64,000 bases of DNA from an uncultured Elusimicrobia bacterium (GTDB lineage: Bacteria; Elusimicrobiota; Elusimicrobia; CAZMIB01): assembly GCA_964566245.1 (NCBI GenBank), contig CAZMIB010000001.1, positions 4,777 to 68,776 on the forward strand. Reading direction: 5' to 3'. The position numbers were made by a program, and so were the translations under genes. Shown piece by piece: positions 49,637 through 59,532 of the stretch; the first letter of the stretch is position 1, and each line of letters begins with the position of its first letter. Under the pieces are notes generated by a model. It was not told the DNA's origin, searched no databases, and worked only from the letters and a program-made list of their open reading frames with translations.

Positions 49637-52552
49637 ATGAGCACCCCTTTTCATTCGAAATATTACGCGCACGAGTTGACCAAGCGGTGCTCCTCCGACA
49701 GCTTGGAGAAGCTCTCGCAGTCCCTCAACAACGCCACCATCGACTTGAACCCGCATCAAGTGGACGCGGCGCTGTTCGCCTTCAAGTCGCCGCTTTCGCG
49801 CGGCGCGCTTCTCGCGGATGAGGTCGGCCTCGGCAAGACGATCGAGGCGGGCTTGATCATGAGCCAGCTCTGGGCCGAAGGCAAGAGGCGAATGCTTTGC
49901 ATCATGCCGGCGGCGCTACGCCAGCAATGGGAGCGGGAGCTGGCCGAGAAATTCTTCATCGACTCCCTCATCCTGGAGTCGGGCAGTTACAAATCACTTC
50001 AAGCCCAGGGTGTTGCCAACCCCTTCGAACAGAAGAACCGGGTGGTCCTGTGCTCCTTCCAGTTCGCGCGACGAGAGGCCGCCGCCATTCAGCGGACTCA
50101 TTGGGACTTGGTGGTGATGGACGAGGCGCACCGCCTGCGCAACGTCTATAAGAGCGACAATAAGATCGCGCGCGCTATCCGGGACGCTGTCGGCGCGCGG
50201 CCGAAGATCCTGCTCACCGCGACGCCCCTTCAAAACTCCCTGATGGAGCTCTACGGCCTCATCAGCTTCATCGATCCACACCTGTTCGGCAATGCGGAGT
50301 CGTTCCGGGATCAATTCGCCAAGCGCCTCGTCAATGGCCGGGGCGACGAGTTCTCCGACTTGAAGCGGCGCATCCAGCCGGTTTGCATGCGCACGCTGAG
50401 GCGGCAGGTGTCCGAGTATGTCCGGTACACCGACAGGCGGTCCCATACCCAGGACTTCACTCCCAGCGACCAGGAGTGGGAGCTTTATGAGTCCGTATCG
50501 GCCTATCTTCAGCGCCCGCAATCCTACGCGCTCCCGGCCAGCCAACGGGCCCTTATCACCCTCGTGCTCCGCAAGATATTGGCTTCGTCGTCCTTCGCCA
50601 TCGGCGACACCCTGGGCACCCTTATCAAGAGGCTCGAAGCGAAGGAGAAAAGTTTGGCCCCGGCGGAGGGCGACACCGCCGCCGCTCTTGCTTCGGAATA
50701 TGAATCCCTCGCCGATACGAAAGAGGAGTGGGACGAAGCATCGGCGGACACTTCTTTTCCAGGCGGCGAGGCCGCTGCCAATCCGGCCGACGCCGAGCGG
50801 GAGGCAATCCGCAAGGAGTTGGAGGACCTCAAGAACTACAAGAAGCTCGCGGAGTCGATCACTCGCAATGAGAAGGGCGCCGCCCTCCTTACCGCGCTTA
50901 AGACGGGCTTGGCCTGGGCAGAGAAGCTGGGGGCCCGGCGCAAGGCCCTCATCTTCACCGAGTCGCGCCGGACCCAAGCCTACCTCAAGGAACTTCTCGC
51001 GGCCAACGGCTATGCCGGACAGTTGGTGACCTTCAACGGAACCAACACCGATCCCGACTCCCATCGGATTTACAAGGAATGGCTGGCTCGTCACGCGGGT
51101 CAGGACTGCGTGACCGGCGCCCCGAGCGCCGACACCCGCTCCGCGCTCGTTGAGGAATTCCGCGACCGCGCGGCCATCATGATCGCCACCGAGTCCGCGG
51201 CGGAAGGCATCAACCTCCAGTTTTGCAGCCTGGTCGTCAACTATGACCTTCCTTGGAACCCGCAGCGCATCGAGCAGCGCATTGGCCGTTGCCACCGTTA
51301 CGGCCAGCAGCACGACGTTGTCGTCATCAACTTCGTCAACCGCAAGAACGCGGCCGACAAGCGAGTCTTCGAGCTGCTCTCGCAGAAGTTCAAGCTTTTC
51401 GAGGGCATCTTCGGAGCCTCGGACCAAGTGCTCGGCGCCTTGGAGTCCGGCGTGGACTTCGAGAAGCGCGTCAACGACATCTACCAATCCTGCCGCACGA
51501 CGGCGGAGATCGATGCCGCCTTCGACCGGCTTCAGCAAGAATTGGAATTGCAGATTGAGTCCCGTTTGGAAACCGCGAAGAGCCAGCTCCTGGAGCATTT
51601 TGACGTAGATGTTCAGCAGCGGCTGAGACTCAGCCAGGACGGCAAGAATCGGCAGAGAAGCAGATTCCAGCACCTCCTGTGGTGGTTCGCGAAGGGAGAG
51701 CTGCGCGATTGCGCGGAGTTTGCCTCGGACGAGGCGATGGAATTCACCCTCAAGAGCGTGCCAGCCGAAGTCGAGGGAGACGGCATCAAAACCGGATCCT
51801 ACGCCGTCATCCCCGACAGCATGCCGGAGGGCGCCCATCACTTCCGCGTCGGCCATCCGCTGGCGGAACGCCTGATTGCTGCCGCTCGGCGACGGCCACT
51901 TGAGCCGCAAACCGTTCGATTCGACTACGACCGGCTGAGAAAGGTAACGCCTGTCGAGACCCTGCAAGGCCTTTCAGGCTGGCTGCGGCTCCACCTCGTT
52001 ACGCTGGACTCGCTCGAGCCGGAAGATCGCCTCGTGTTCTCCGGGCTGCGCGACGATGGCCAGCCAATGTCCGAGGAGGCCTGCCGGCGGCTCTTCGACT
52101 TCGGGGGGGAAGCGCTTGGCGATGCCGCGGTGCCGGACGAGGTCGCGCGCAGGCTCGACGCGGGCGTCGAGGCCGGCGTCAAGTCGCTGATGGAGGACGC
52201 CCAATCGCGCAACCGTGATTTCTTCGACTCGGAGATCGAGAAGCTGGAGAACTGGGCCGCCGACCTTAAGGACGGCCTCGAGTCCGAGCTGAAGGAGCTT
52301 CAGCGCGAGATCGCCGCCCTCAAACGTGAGTTCCGGCAGGCCGTGGACCTGCAGACCAAGGTCGATCTTCAGCGCAAGGTCGCCGAGTTGGAGCGCAAGC
52401 GCAGCGACAAGCGAAAGGGCATCTTCGAGGCACAGGACCGCATCGACAGCCAAAAGGACGAGGTCCTCTCGAAGGTGGAGCTACGTCTCAAGCTCGACAT
52501 CAAGAAAGAGCCGCTCTTCACGATCCGCTGGCAGGTGGGGGCGAAGGCATGA
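49637..52552 (+). CDS. SNF2-family DNA helicase/translocase
   Basis: Motif I ADEVGLGKTIEAG; motif II VVMDEAHRLRN; LLTATPLQNSLMELYGL; C-terminal helicase domain ...GINLQFCSLVVNYDLPWNPQRIEQRIGRCHRYGQ. Start set at ATG 49637 (MSTPFHSKYY), downstream of the IS fragment. Confidence 0.8.
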   Translation: MSTPFHSKYYAHELTKRCSSDSLEKLSQSLNNATIDLNPHQVDAALFAFKSPLSRGALLADEVGLGKTIEAGLIMSQLWAEGKRRMLCIMPAALRQQWERELAEKFFIDSLILESGSYKSLQAQGVANPFEQKNRVVLCSFQFARREAAAIQRTHWDLVVMDEAHRLRNVYKSDNKIARAIRDAVGARPKILLTATPLQNSLMELYGLISFIDPHLFGNAESFRDQFAKRLVNGRGDEFSDLKRRIQPVCMRTLRRQVSEYVRYTDRRSHTQDFTPSDQEWELYESVSAYLQRPQSYALPASQRALITLVLRKILASSSFAIGDTLGTLIKRLEAKEKSLAPAEGDTAAALASEYESLADTKEEWDEASADTSFPGGEAAANPADAEREAIRKELEDLKNYKKLAESITRNEKGAALLTALKTGLAWAEKLGARRKALIFTESRRTQAYLKELLAANGYAGQLVTFNGTNTDPDSHRIYKEWLARHAGQDCVTGAPSADTRSALVEEFRDRAAIMIATESAAEGINLQFCSLVVNYDLPWNPQRIEQRIGRCHRYGQQHDVVVINFVNRKNAADKRVFELLSQKFKLFEGIFGASDQVLGALESGVDFEKRVNDIYQSCRTTAEIDAAFDRLQQELELQIESRLETAKSQLLEHFDVDVQQRLRLSQDGKNRQRSRFQHLLWWFAKGELRDCAEFASDEAMEFTLKSVPAEVEGDGIKTGSYAVIPDSMPEGAHHFRVGHPLAERLIAAARRRPLEPQTVRFDYDRLRKVTPVETLQGLSGWLRLHLVTLDSLEPEDRLVFSGLRDDGQPMSEEACRRLFDFGGEALGDAAVPDEVARRLDAGVEAGVKSLMEDAQSRNRDFFDSEIEKLENWAADLKDGLESELKELQREIAALKREFRQAVDLQTKVDLQRKVAELERKRSDKRKGIFEAQDRIDSQKDEVLSKVELRLKLDIKKEPLFTIRWQVGAKA

Positions 52553-52743
52553 CGCAAGCGGACCAGACCCCGGATTCAGTCCTGACCGAAGAGGTCATCA
52601 AGAGCCTGCGAAAGGAGATGCTGCTCCCCGAGAAGCAGTTGGACGCTCTTCGGACAAAGATTTCGTCCGGAAAGATGAGGGCCGAAGATTGGCAGGTGAT
52701 GATCGAGCTGGCGATGGACGCGGAGGCCAAGAAGGATGCCTAG
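52549..52743 (+). CDS. Small helical protein (64 aa), translationally coupled between the SNF2 helicase and the SMC-like ATPase
   Basis: ATGA overlap with the SNF2 stop; its own stop overlaps the next start. Composition is all helical. Low individual confidence. Confidence 0.4.
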   Translation: MTQADQTPDSVLTEEVIKSLRKEMLLPEKQLDALRTKISSGKMRAEDWQVMIELAMDAEAKKDA

Positions 52744-55078
52744 ACGCATCGAAAAGCTCTCCTTGGCCGGCTTTCGGGGCGCGTCCAATAGCGTGGAGAT
52801 CCCATTCGACCCCGACAAGCCGATCACGATGATCTTCGGTGAGAACGGGACCGGCAAGTCGTCCATCATCGATGCCATCGATTTCGTGTGCAACAAGCAA
52901 TACGGCTCCGTCGCGGAGCGAAGCGGCACCAAGCCGCGCGAGCACATCGTCGCCTTGAAATCGGAGGCCAAGGACTTGCGCGTCTTGCTCCAGCACGGAG
53001 GCTCCTCCTGGACCGGCACGCTTGAGAAGGGTACGCCTTCGATCGCCGGGGCAGGGGCGCCTCCGCGTGCCCGAATCCTGCGTCGTGGGCAGATCCAGAA
53101 GGTGATCAACGCCCCCGCCGGGGAGCGGTATAAAGAACTTCAGGACTTCATCGTTCCTCCGAAGGTCGAGACCGCCGAGAATGCCCTGCGGGATTGCGTC
53201 AAATCTCTCAAGGACGAGCTGGATCGGGCGGTTTTCGCCAAGACCCATGCCGAAGAGCAACTGCGAGGTTTTTGGACTGGGGTCGGGAGTCCCGGCAAGG
53301 ACTGCTTTTCCTGGGCGAAGGAGCGCGCCAAAGAGAACGAGGCCGGCCTGACGGCCATCGCCGCCGAGGCAAAAGCTCTGCTGTCGGCCTTGGACAAGGC
53401 CCAGGCGGCCGTGGATTCGTGGACCGCAGCCTTCAAGGCCCATGCGGACGCCGCCGGTAAATTGGAGAAGGCGCAAGCGGCGCTGGCCGCGGCCGAAGCG
53501 GCGCAGGAGTTGGATTTGGTCGAGTTGCTGACCGCGGCCCAGGGGTACCTGCCAAAGGCCGCAAAGGCGGATGAATGCCCGCTGTGCGAGCGGCCGGGAA
53601 TTTCCTTGGAAGTCTTGCTCAGGCGCATCGCCGAGCGTCTTGCGGCCATGAACCGTTTGGTCCTGTTGAAGAAGGAGTTGGACGCGGCGAGCAAACTGGC
53701 CGAGAAGGCGGGGTCCCTTTTGGAGTATGGACGAGGCGGCCTGGTGGCGGCGGCGCGCGAATTGGCGAAGGCCCTGGAGAAGTCCAAACTCAGCGAGGTC
53801 GCCGCGCTGAAGTTGGTTTGGACGCACTATCCCGCTATGGGGGCCGCGCCGGAGCCTGAGATCAGCGATGCCGTGCTGAAGGAGGCTCAGAAGCTCCAGC
53901 TTTCCTCTAAAGCGTGCCATGCAGGCGTGAAGGCGAGGCAGGAAGCCGCTTCTCGCGAGGCCAGCCAGCTCGGCATGATCCAGCGGGCCCTGGCCGCGGT
54001 CGGGGAGAACACGAAACACGCCGAAAGCGTCAGTGGCCGCCTCACGCGCGGGGTGGCCAACCGCCGAACCGGTAAACAGCGCGGGAGGAGGTTGGTTGAG
54101 GGCATTTTAGGCGCCATCTCGGGCGAGGTCGGGGACCTCTGCGAGAAGATCCATCCCGGCGAAGGGATCAAAACCCGCCTTTACCTAAACCCCAAGACGA
54201 GAGGCTCGCTGGAGTGCGACGGCGAGTTCGAGGGCGTCAAAGGTCTCCCGCCGCAAGCTTACTACAGCGAGTCCCACCTGGACTCGCTCGGAGTATGCAT
54301 CTTCCTGGCGCTGACCAAGAAGTTCGGGGGCAAGGATCTGATAGTCGTGCTGGATGACGTCGTGACCTCGGTCGATGCGCCTCACATGGGCCGTTTTCTC
54401 GACCTCCTGCTGGACCAGGCCGAGCACTTCGGGGAGATCGTTGTGGCGACCCACTACCGGCCTTGGCTTGAGCGGGTCCGGCACGGCAAGGGGCCGACCG
54501 CGAACATCCACCTTCTCCACCTTTCGCGCTGGTCCTTGGCGCATGGCATCAGGCACGGCATAGGCAAGCTGGCGGTCCAGGAACTGAAGGACGCCGTGGC
54601 GGCGGCGCCGCTTGACCGCCAAGCCGTCGCATCGAAGGCCGGTATTTTCTTGGAAAGCCTCCTCGACCAGTTGGCGCTTCTCTATCAGTGCCGCCTTCCT
54701 CGGCGGCCCGAGCCGGAGTATACGCTGGGCGAGCTTCTCGACTGCTTCGGAAAGAAGCTCCGCCCCGCGATGAAATGCGAGACGTACGCCAAGGGGCAGC
54801 CGCCAAAGGAGATTCCGCTTAAGCCCCTGCTGGACGCCCTTGCCGGGACAGAGTGGATTCGCAATCAGGTCGGCTGCCACTGCAATATCCACGGCTACGA
54901 CGTGCCGGACAGGGACGTGCAGGAATTCGGCGAGAAAACGATCGCGCTTGCCGAGGCCCTAATCTGCGCGGTCTGCGGCTCGTTGCCCCTCCGAGACAAG
55001 ACAGGGACGTATTGGCAATGTCACTGTGTGGGAGAATTGGGCCTGCGGTTGATTCCTTTGGAGAATCCGGATCGGTGA
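52736..55078 (+). CDS. SMC/Rad50/SbcC-like ABC ATPase (780 aa) with a central Ala/Glu/Lys-rich coiled coil and a C-terminal Cys cluster (CHCNIH...CAVCGS...CHC)
   Basis: N-terminus IEKLSLAGFRGASNSVEIPFDPDKPITMIFGENGTGKSSIIDAIDFV (Walker A); C-terminus DLIVVLDDVVTSVDAPH (Walker B/D-loop). Confidence 0.7.
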   Translation: MPRRIEKLSLAGFRGASNSVEIPFDPDKPITMIFGENGTGKSSIIDAIDFVCNKQYGSVAERSGTKPREHIVALKSEAKDLRVLLQHGGSSWTGTLEKGTPSIAGAGAPPRARILRRGQIQKVINAPAGERYKELQDFIVPPKVETAENALRDCVKSLKDELDRAVFAKTHAEEQLRGFWTGVGSPGKDCFSWAKERAKENEAGLTAIAAEAKALLSALDKAQAAVDSWTAAFKAHADAAGKLEKAQAALAAAEAAQELDLVELLTAAQGYLPKAAKADECPLCERPGISLEVLLRRIAERLAAMNRLVLLKKELDAASKLAEKAGSLLEYGRGGLVAAARELAKALEKSKLSEVAALKLVWTHYPAMGAAPEPEISDAVLKEAQKLQLSSKACHAGVKARQEAASREASQLGMIQRALAAVGENTKHAESVSGRLTRGVANRRTGKQRGRRLVEGILGAISGEVGDLCEKIHPGEGIKTRLYLNPKTRGSLECDGEFEGVKGLPPQAYYSESHLDSLGVCIFLALTKKFGGKDLIVVLDDVVTSVDAPHMGRFLDLLLDQAEHFGEIVVATHYRPWLERVRHGKGPTANIHLLHLSRWSLAHGIRHGIGKLAVQELKDAVAAAPLDRQAVASKAGIFLESLLDQLALLYQCRLPRRPEPEYTLGELLDCFGKKLRPAMKCETYAKGQPPKEIPLKPLLDALAGTEWIRNQVGCHCNIHGYDVPDRDVQEFGEKTIALAEALICAVCGSLPLRDKTGTYWQCHCVGELGLRLIPLENPDR

Positions 55079-55082
55079 ATTC

Positions 55083-57059
55083 ATGATCATCAAATCCATT
55101 GCCGTTAAGAACTTCAGGGCGATTCTTGAAGAGTCACTCGACTGCGCGGACTTGACCGTGCTCGTCGGCCGAAACGGTGCTGGGAAATCATCTTTTCTGC
55201 GGGCATTGGAGATGTTCTATGAATCAGCCGCCGCGGCGTCTGTCGACGATTTCTATGCGGAGGATGTGAGTAAGGAGATCGAGATTGCGGTCACGTTCGA
55301 CAGGCTGGAAGCCGCCGAAAAGGAACTCTTTGCGCCCTACTTGGACGCGGAGCGCCTGACTATTTCGCGAGTTTTCTCGTTAGCGGCAGGCAAGAAGTCG
55401 GGGACCTACCACGGATCGCGGCTACAAAACCCCGACTTCTTCCCCATCAGGATGGCCGGAGGCAAGAAGGAAGTCGTCGCCAAGTATAAAGAGGTACGCG
55501 AGCAACCAGCCTACCAGGCCCTGCCAGTTGCTCGTGCCGCTGACGAAGCGGAACAGGCCCTGAAGGCCTGGGAAGCCGCAAATGCGGACGCGTGTACCCG
55601 GCAGCGCGACGATGGACAGTTCTTTGGATTCACAGGCGTAGGGCAAGGCTATCTCGGAAGGCATACCCGCTTCATCAGGATTCCGGCCGTCCGTGATGCT
55701 TCGACCGATGCGATGGAGGGCCGCGGGTCGTGTGTCACCGAAATCATGGACCTTGTGGTCCGGAGCGCCCTAGCAAGGAAGGCCGAGTTCACGGCACTAA
55801 AAGATGATGCTCAAAGAAAGTACCGCGAGATAATGGACCCCGGCCGCCTCACTGAGCTGTCCTCCCTGCAAACGAAACTCTCTGAAACGCTGGCATACTA
55901 CGCCCCTGAAGCCGCTGTTTCCCTGGATTGGGCGAAGCTCGCCGACCTTGAGTTCCCACTGCCAAAGGCAGAAATCAAGTTGAATGAGGACGGCTACAAG
56001 TCGGCCGTCCGGCGGACTGGCCATGGCCTGCAACGCGCATTCATCCTGACCATGCTTCAGCACCTAGTCGCGGCAAAGGGCGGCGATGGCACCGCTCAGT
56101 CCGAGGCGGGACCGGCCGCCGGCGCTCCGGCTGAGCCAGACCAGAGGCTCCCAAGTCTTGTTCTCGCCATCGAGGAACCTGAGCTGTATCAGCACCCGAG
56201 CCGCCAGCGGCACCTGGCTTCGATCCTCCTTCGACTTGCATCCGGGACGATTCCCGGCGTCGCAAAGAAGACTCAGGTGATGTATACCACGCACTCGCCC
56301 CTCTTTGTTGGCTTGGATCGATTTGAGCAGATCCGATTGCTCAGGAAGGCGGACAATACCGCAGGGAAGCCGCGAATCACAAAGGTAACGAAAGCCGCGC
56401 TGGATGTCGTCGCCGAAGAGATATGGATTGCAGGCGGCCAGCAGGGGCCGCGGTTCACGGCCGAGACTCTAAAGCCTAGGCTCCAAGCGGTGATGACCCC
56501 TTGGGTCAACGAAGGTTTCTTCGCCGACGTTGCCGTGCTAGTAGAAGGCGAGGACGACCGCGCCGCGATTCTCGGGGTCGCCCTGTCCTTGGGCCATAAC
56601 TTCGACAGCGATGGAATCGCGGTCATCCCCTGCTCGGGCAAGAACAACCTCGACCGGCCGTTCGTAATCTTCCGGCGTCTTGGCGTTCCAGCCTATCTCG
56701 TTTGGGACGGCGACCATGGGGAGGGAGGCGCACGGCCCGACGACAATCGGAGACTCTTGAAGCTCATTGGACAGGCCGAGGAAGACTGGCCGGCCACGGT
56801 GGCCGGGAGCCATGCATGCTTCAAATCGAAGTTGGAGGATACGCTTGCGGATGAGATCGGGCGGGAACTCTTCGACCGGCTGTTAACCGAAGCTCAGACC
56901 ACCTTCGGAATTCCGCGCAAGAACCACGCCACGAAGAATCCAATGGTAATCCAGCAGGTCATCCAAAAGGCGGGCGCGCAGGGTAAGGAAAGCCATACGA
57001 TGAAGAGCATCGTAGGCAGGATAGTCGCCCTGAAGCCAAATCGGGTGGCGGTCAACTGA
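55083..57059 (+). CDS. OLD-family (overcoming-lysogenization-defect, GajA-like) ATPase-Toprim nuclease
   Basis: N-terminus IKSIAVKNFRAILEES...LTVLVGRNGAGKSSFLRALE; LVLAIEEPELYQHP...YTTHSP (AAA_15-type Walker B/H-loop); C-terminal Toprim-like VAVLVEGEDDRAAILGV...IPCSGKNNL...LVWDGDHG. Confidence 0.75.
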   Translation: MIIKSIAVKNFRAILEESLDCADLTVLVGRNGAGKSSFLRALEMFYESAAAASVDDFYAEDVSKEIEIAVTFDRLEAAEKELFAPYLDAERLTISRVFSLAAGKKSGTYHGSRLQNPDFFPIRMAGGKKEVVAKYKEVREQPAYQALPVARAADEAEQALKAWEAANADACTRQRDDGQFFGFTGVGQGYLGRHTRFIRIPAVRDASTDAMEGRGSCVTEIMDLVVRSALARKAEFTALKDDAQRKYREIMDPGRLTELSSLQTKLSETLAYYAPEAAVSLDWAKLADLEFPLPKAEIKLNEDGYKSAVRRTGHGLQRAFILTMLQHLVAAKGGDGTAQSEAGPAAGAPAEPDQRLPSLVLAIEEPELYQHPSRQRHLASILLRLASGTIPGVAKKTQVMYTTHSPLFVGLDRFEQIRLLRKADNTAGKPRITKVTKAALDVVAEEIWIAGGQQGPRFTAETLKPRLQAVMTPWVNEGFFADVAVLVEGEDDRAAILGVALSLGHNFDSDGIAVIPCSGKNNLDRPFVIFRRLGVPAYLVWDGDHGEGGARPDDNRRLLKLIGQAEEDWPATVAGSHACFKSKLEDTLADEIGRELFDRLLTEAQTTFGIPRKNHATKNPMVIQQVIQKAGAQGKESHTMKSIVGRIVALKPNRVAVN

Positions 57060-57064
57060 CAGGG

Positions 57065-57847
57065 ATGGACGAACCAAACTTTTCCGAAGGCCAGTTGCAG
57101 CAGCTTACGAACACCGAGATATTCAACTTGGTGCGGGGCACCCATCCTCTTGGGATTCCTGTCGTGATCCCTCCGTGGTTGGAGGACATGTGGGGATGGG
57201 ATACCGGGTTCTGGCTTCCATGGATTGGGCGGCGTCATCCTGTCCAGCGGGGTTGCAACTTCTTCATCCAGTACAAGCTATCAGCCCGGCATGAGTCCAA
57301 ATACGCGAAGGGCTGGAAGCACTGGCGGCAACCGTTCCTCCGGTTTCACCTCGGATATCGGAGAAAACGGAGGTGGGACTACAGCCAACGAAACGCGCTT
57401 GAGCGCCTTAGCGCCTCCGGTTTTCGCGTCGTGTACGTCACGAATCACGTCCTCGACTCGACCGACCTGTTCAGTCTCGCGGCTGCGGATCGCCTCCTCA
57501 CAGAGCTTCCGGTCCTTCGAGTCTCTCCTGGACTGACGAAGCATGGCTATGTCACCTTCGTCCCAGGCAACCCAAATTTCTGGCTGCACAGCAGGAGGGA
57601 GTCCGCAGAAGGGACGCACCTTAAGTCGTTGATTGAGTCGCTGGAGTCATCTTTGCTGGCAGATGATCTCCCGAGGTTGGTCAAGGTCGTCAAATCGTTC
57701 GAGGAAGAAGCAGGCATACGAGAGAACGGCTACAGCGCAGCGCTGCAACGATTTCCCGAAGGAAGCGCCGGAGACAAGGCCGCGCAAGCGATGCTCGTTT
57801 GGATATGTCTGCGCCGCTATTTCGGCGTGTTCTGGTGGAGGTTCTAA
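57065..57847 (+). CDS. Hypothetical protein (260 aa), Trp/Arg-rich, tightly coupled between the OLD-family gene and the methyltransferase
   Basis: ORF track. 5-nt gap upstream, 2-nt gap downstream. No family recognised. Confidence 0.45.
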   Translation: MDEPNFSEGQLQQLTNTEIFNLVRGTHPLGIPVVIPPWLEDMWGWDTGFWLPWIGRRHPVQRGCNFFIQYKLSARHESKYAKGWKHWRQPFLRFHLGYRRKRRWDYSQRNALERLSASGFRVVYVTNHVLDSTDLFSLAAADRLLTELPVLRVSPGLTKHGYVTFVPGNPNFWLHSRRESAEGTHLKSLIESLESSLLADDLPRLVKVVKSFEEEAGIRENGYSAALQRFPEGSAGDKAAQAMLVWICLRRYFGVFWWRF

Positions 57848-57849
57848 GC

Positions 57850-59532
57850 GTGAAGACAAAGCTCGAGCTGCAGTGGATCGGCAAGGAGAATAGGCCCAAG
57901 CTGGAGCCACGAATTCTCATCGAGGACCCGGCCAAGTCCTACCATGGGGCTCATCGCGTCACGGACAAAGACATTTTCGACAACTGCTTGATTTTCGGTG
58001 ATAACCTCCTCGCCCTCAAGGCTCTGGAGCAGGAGTTCGCGGGCAAGGTCCAGTGCATTTACATCGATCCACCTTATAACACCGGATCAGCCTTCGAGCA
58101 TTATGACGACGGAATTGAGCACTCTCTATGGCTCTCGCTCATGCGGGATCGGCTGGAGATCCTCCGCGCCCTTCTATCACCGGGCGGCTGCATCTTTGTG
58201 CAGATAGATGACCGCGAGCAAGCCTATCTTAAAGTCGTCATGGATGAGGTTCTCGGACGACGAAATCATTTCGGAACGATAGTCTGGCAGAAGAGGATTT
58301 CGCCAGATTCCGACAGTAAATTTGTATCTCCGACTCACGATTACATCCTTGGCTATGCAAAAGACGTCGAACATGCGGCCTTTTATCGGTTGCCGCGAAC
58401 AGATGTTCAGAATGCTCGATACGAAAACCCCGATAATGACCCCAGAGGACCGTGGACGAGCAGTGACCTTACAAGAAGGGAGTACCGGGAGCATGACTAC
58501 TACCCGATAGTCCTGCCTTCGGGCCGCAAGGTAAAACCAGCAGCCGGAAGGAGTTGGGGGGTCCCCAAGGACTCCCTTGAGAACCTTAGAAAGGATAACC
58601 GCATCTGGTTCGGTCCTGATGGCGATGCAATGCCGCGCCGCAAGCGATTCCTATCTGAAGTCCGAGAAGGAATTGTTCCAACGACTTGGTGGACCGAAGC
58701 CGAGACGGCTGGGAATCAGGACGGAAAGCGCGAGCTCAAGGGCTTATTTCCTGACCAGCCCAATGTTTTTGCCACACCCAAACCCGAAGGACTAATAAAG
58801 AGGATTCTTGAAATAGGGTCCCTTCCGGGCGACCTTGTTCTCGATTCCTTCGCCGGCTCCGGTACCACCGGCGCCGTGGCCCACAAGATGGGCCGCCGCT
58901 GGATCATGGTGGAATTGGGCGAGCATTGCCACACCCACATCATCCCCCGGCTCAAGAAAGTCATCGACGGCAAGGACCCCGGCGGGATCACCGAGGCCGT
59001 CGGGTGGAAGGGCGGCGGCGGTTTCCGCTACTATCGGCTGGCCCCTTCGCTCCTTGAGAAGGACCAGTTCGGCAACTGGGTCATCAACAAGAAGTACGAT
59101 GCCGTCATGCTGGCCGAGGCCATCTGCAAGCTCGAAGGCTTCGTCTACCGGCCGAGCGACACCCTCTACTGGCAGCACGGCCATTCGACCGAGAAGGACT
59201 TCATCTACGTCACCACGCAAACCCTCTCGCGCGAGCAGCTTCAGAAACTCTCGGACGAGGTCGGCGAAGACCGGACCCTCTTGGTCATGTGCGGCGCCTT
59301 CCGGGTCAAGGACCTGGACGAGTTCCCCAACCTGACGGTCAAGAAGATCCCGAAGGCGGTCCTCTCGCGTTGCGAGTGGGGCCACGACGACTATAGCCTG
59401 GAGATCAAGAATCTGCCAATGAAACCCGAGGAGGAGTCGGCGGCGCCGGTCGGCCCCAAGCCGCGTTCCAAATCGGAGCGCCGGGATCAGGCCCTGCTGT
59501 TCGACCTCTCCGGAGCCGAGGAGGGCGCGTGA
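57850..59532 (+). CDS. mod: Type III restriction-modification Mod subunit (beta-class N6-adenine/N4-cytosine DNA methyltransferase)
   Basis: KLELQWIGKE N-terminus; motif IV IYIDPPYNTG precedes motif I VLDSFAGSGTTGAVA (beta-class order). Start taken at GTG 57850. Confidence 0.75.
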   Translation: MKTKLELQWIGKENRPKLEPRILIEDPAKSYHGAHRVTDKDIFDNCLIFGDNLLALKALEQEFAGKVQCIYIDPPYNTGSAFEHYDDGIEHSLWLSLMRDRLEILRALLSPGGCIFVQIDDREQAYLKVVMDEVLGRRNHFGTIVWQKRISPDSDSKFVSPTHDYILGYAKDVEHAAFYRLPRTDVQNARYENPDNDPRGPWTSSDLTRREYREHDYYPIVLPSGRKVKPAAGRSWGVPKDSLENLRKDNRIWFGPDGDAMPRRKRFLSEVREGIVPTTWWTEAETAGNQDGKRELKGLFPDQPNVFATPKPEGLIKRILEIGSLPGDLVLDSFAGSGTTGAVAHKMGRRWIMVELGEHCHTHIIPRLKKVIDGKDPGGITEAVGWKGGGGFRYYRLAPSLLEKDQFGNWVINKKYDAVMLAEAICKLEGFVYRPSDTLYWQHGHSTEKDFIYVTTQTLSREQLQKLSDEVGEDRTLLVMCGAFRVKDLDEFPNLTVKKIPKAVLSRCEWGHDDYSLEIKNLPMKPEEESAAPVGPKPRSKSERRDQALLFDLSGAEEGA

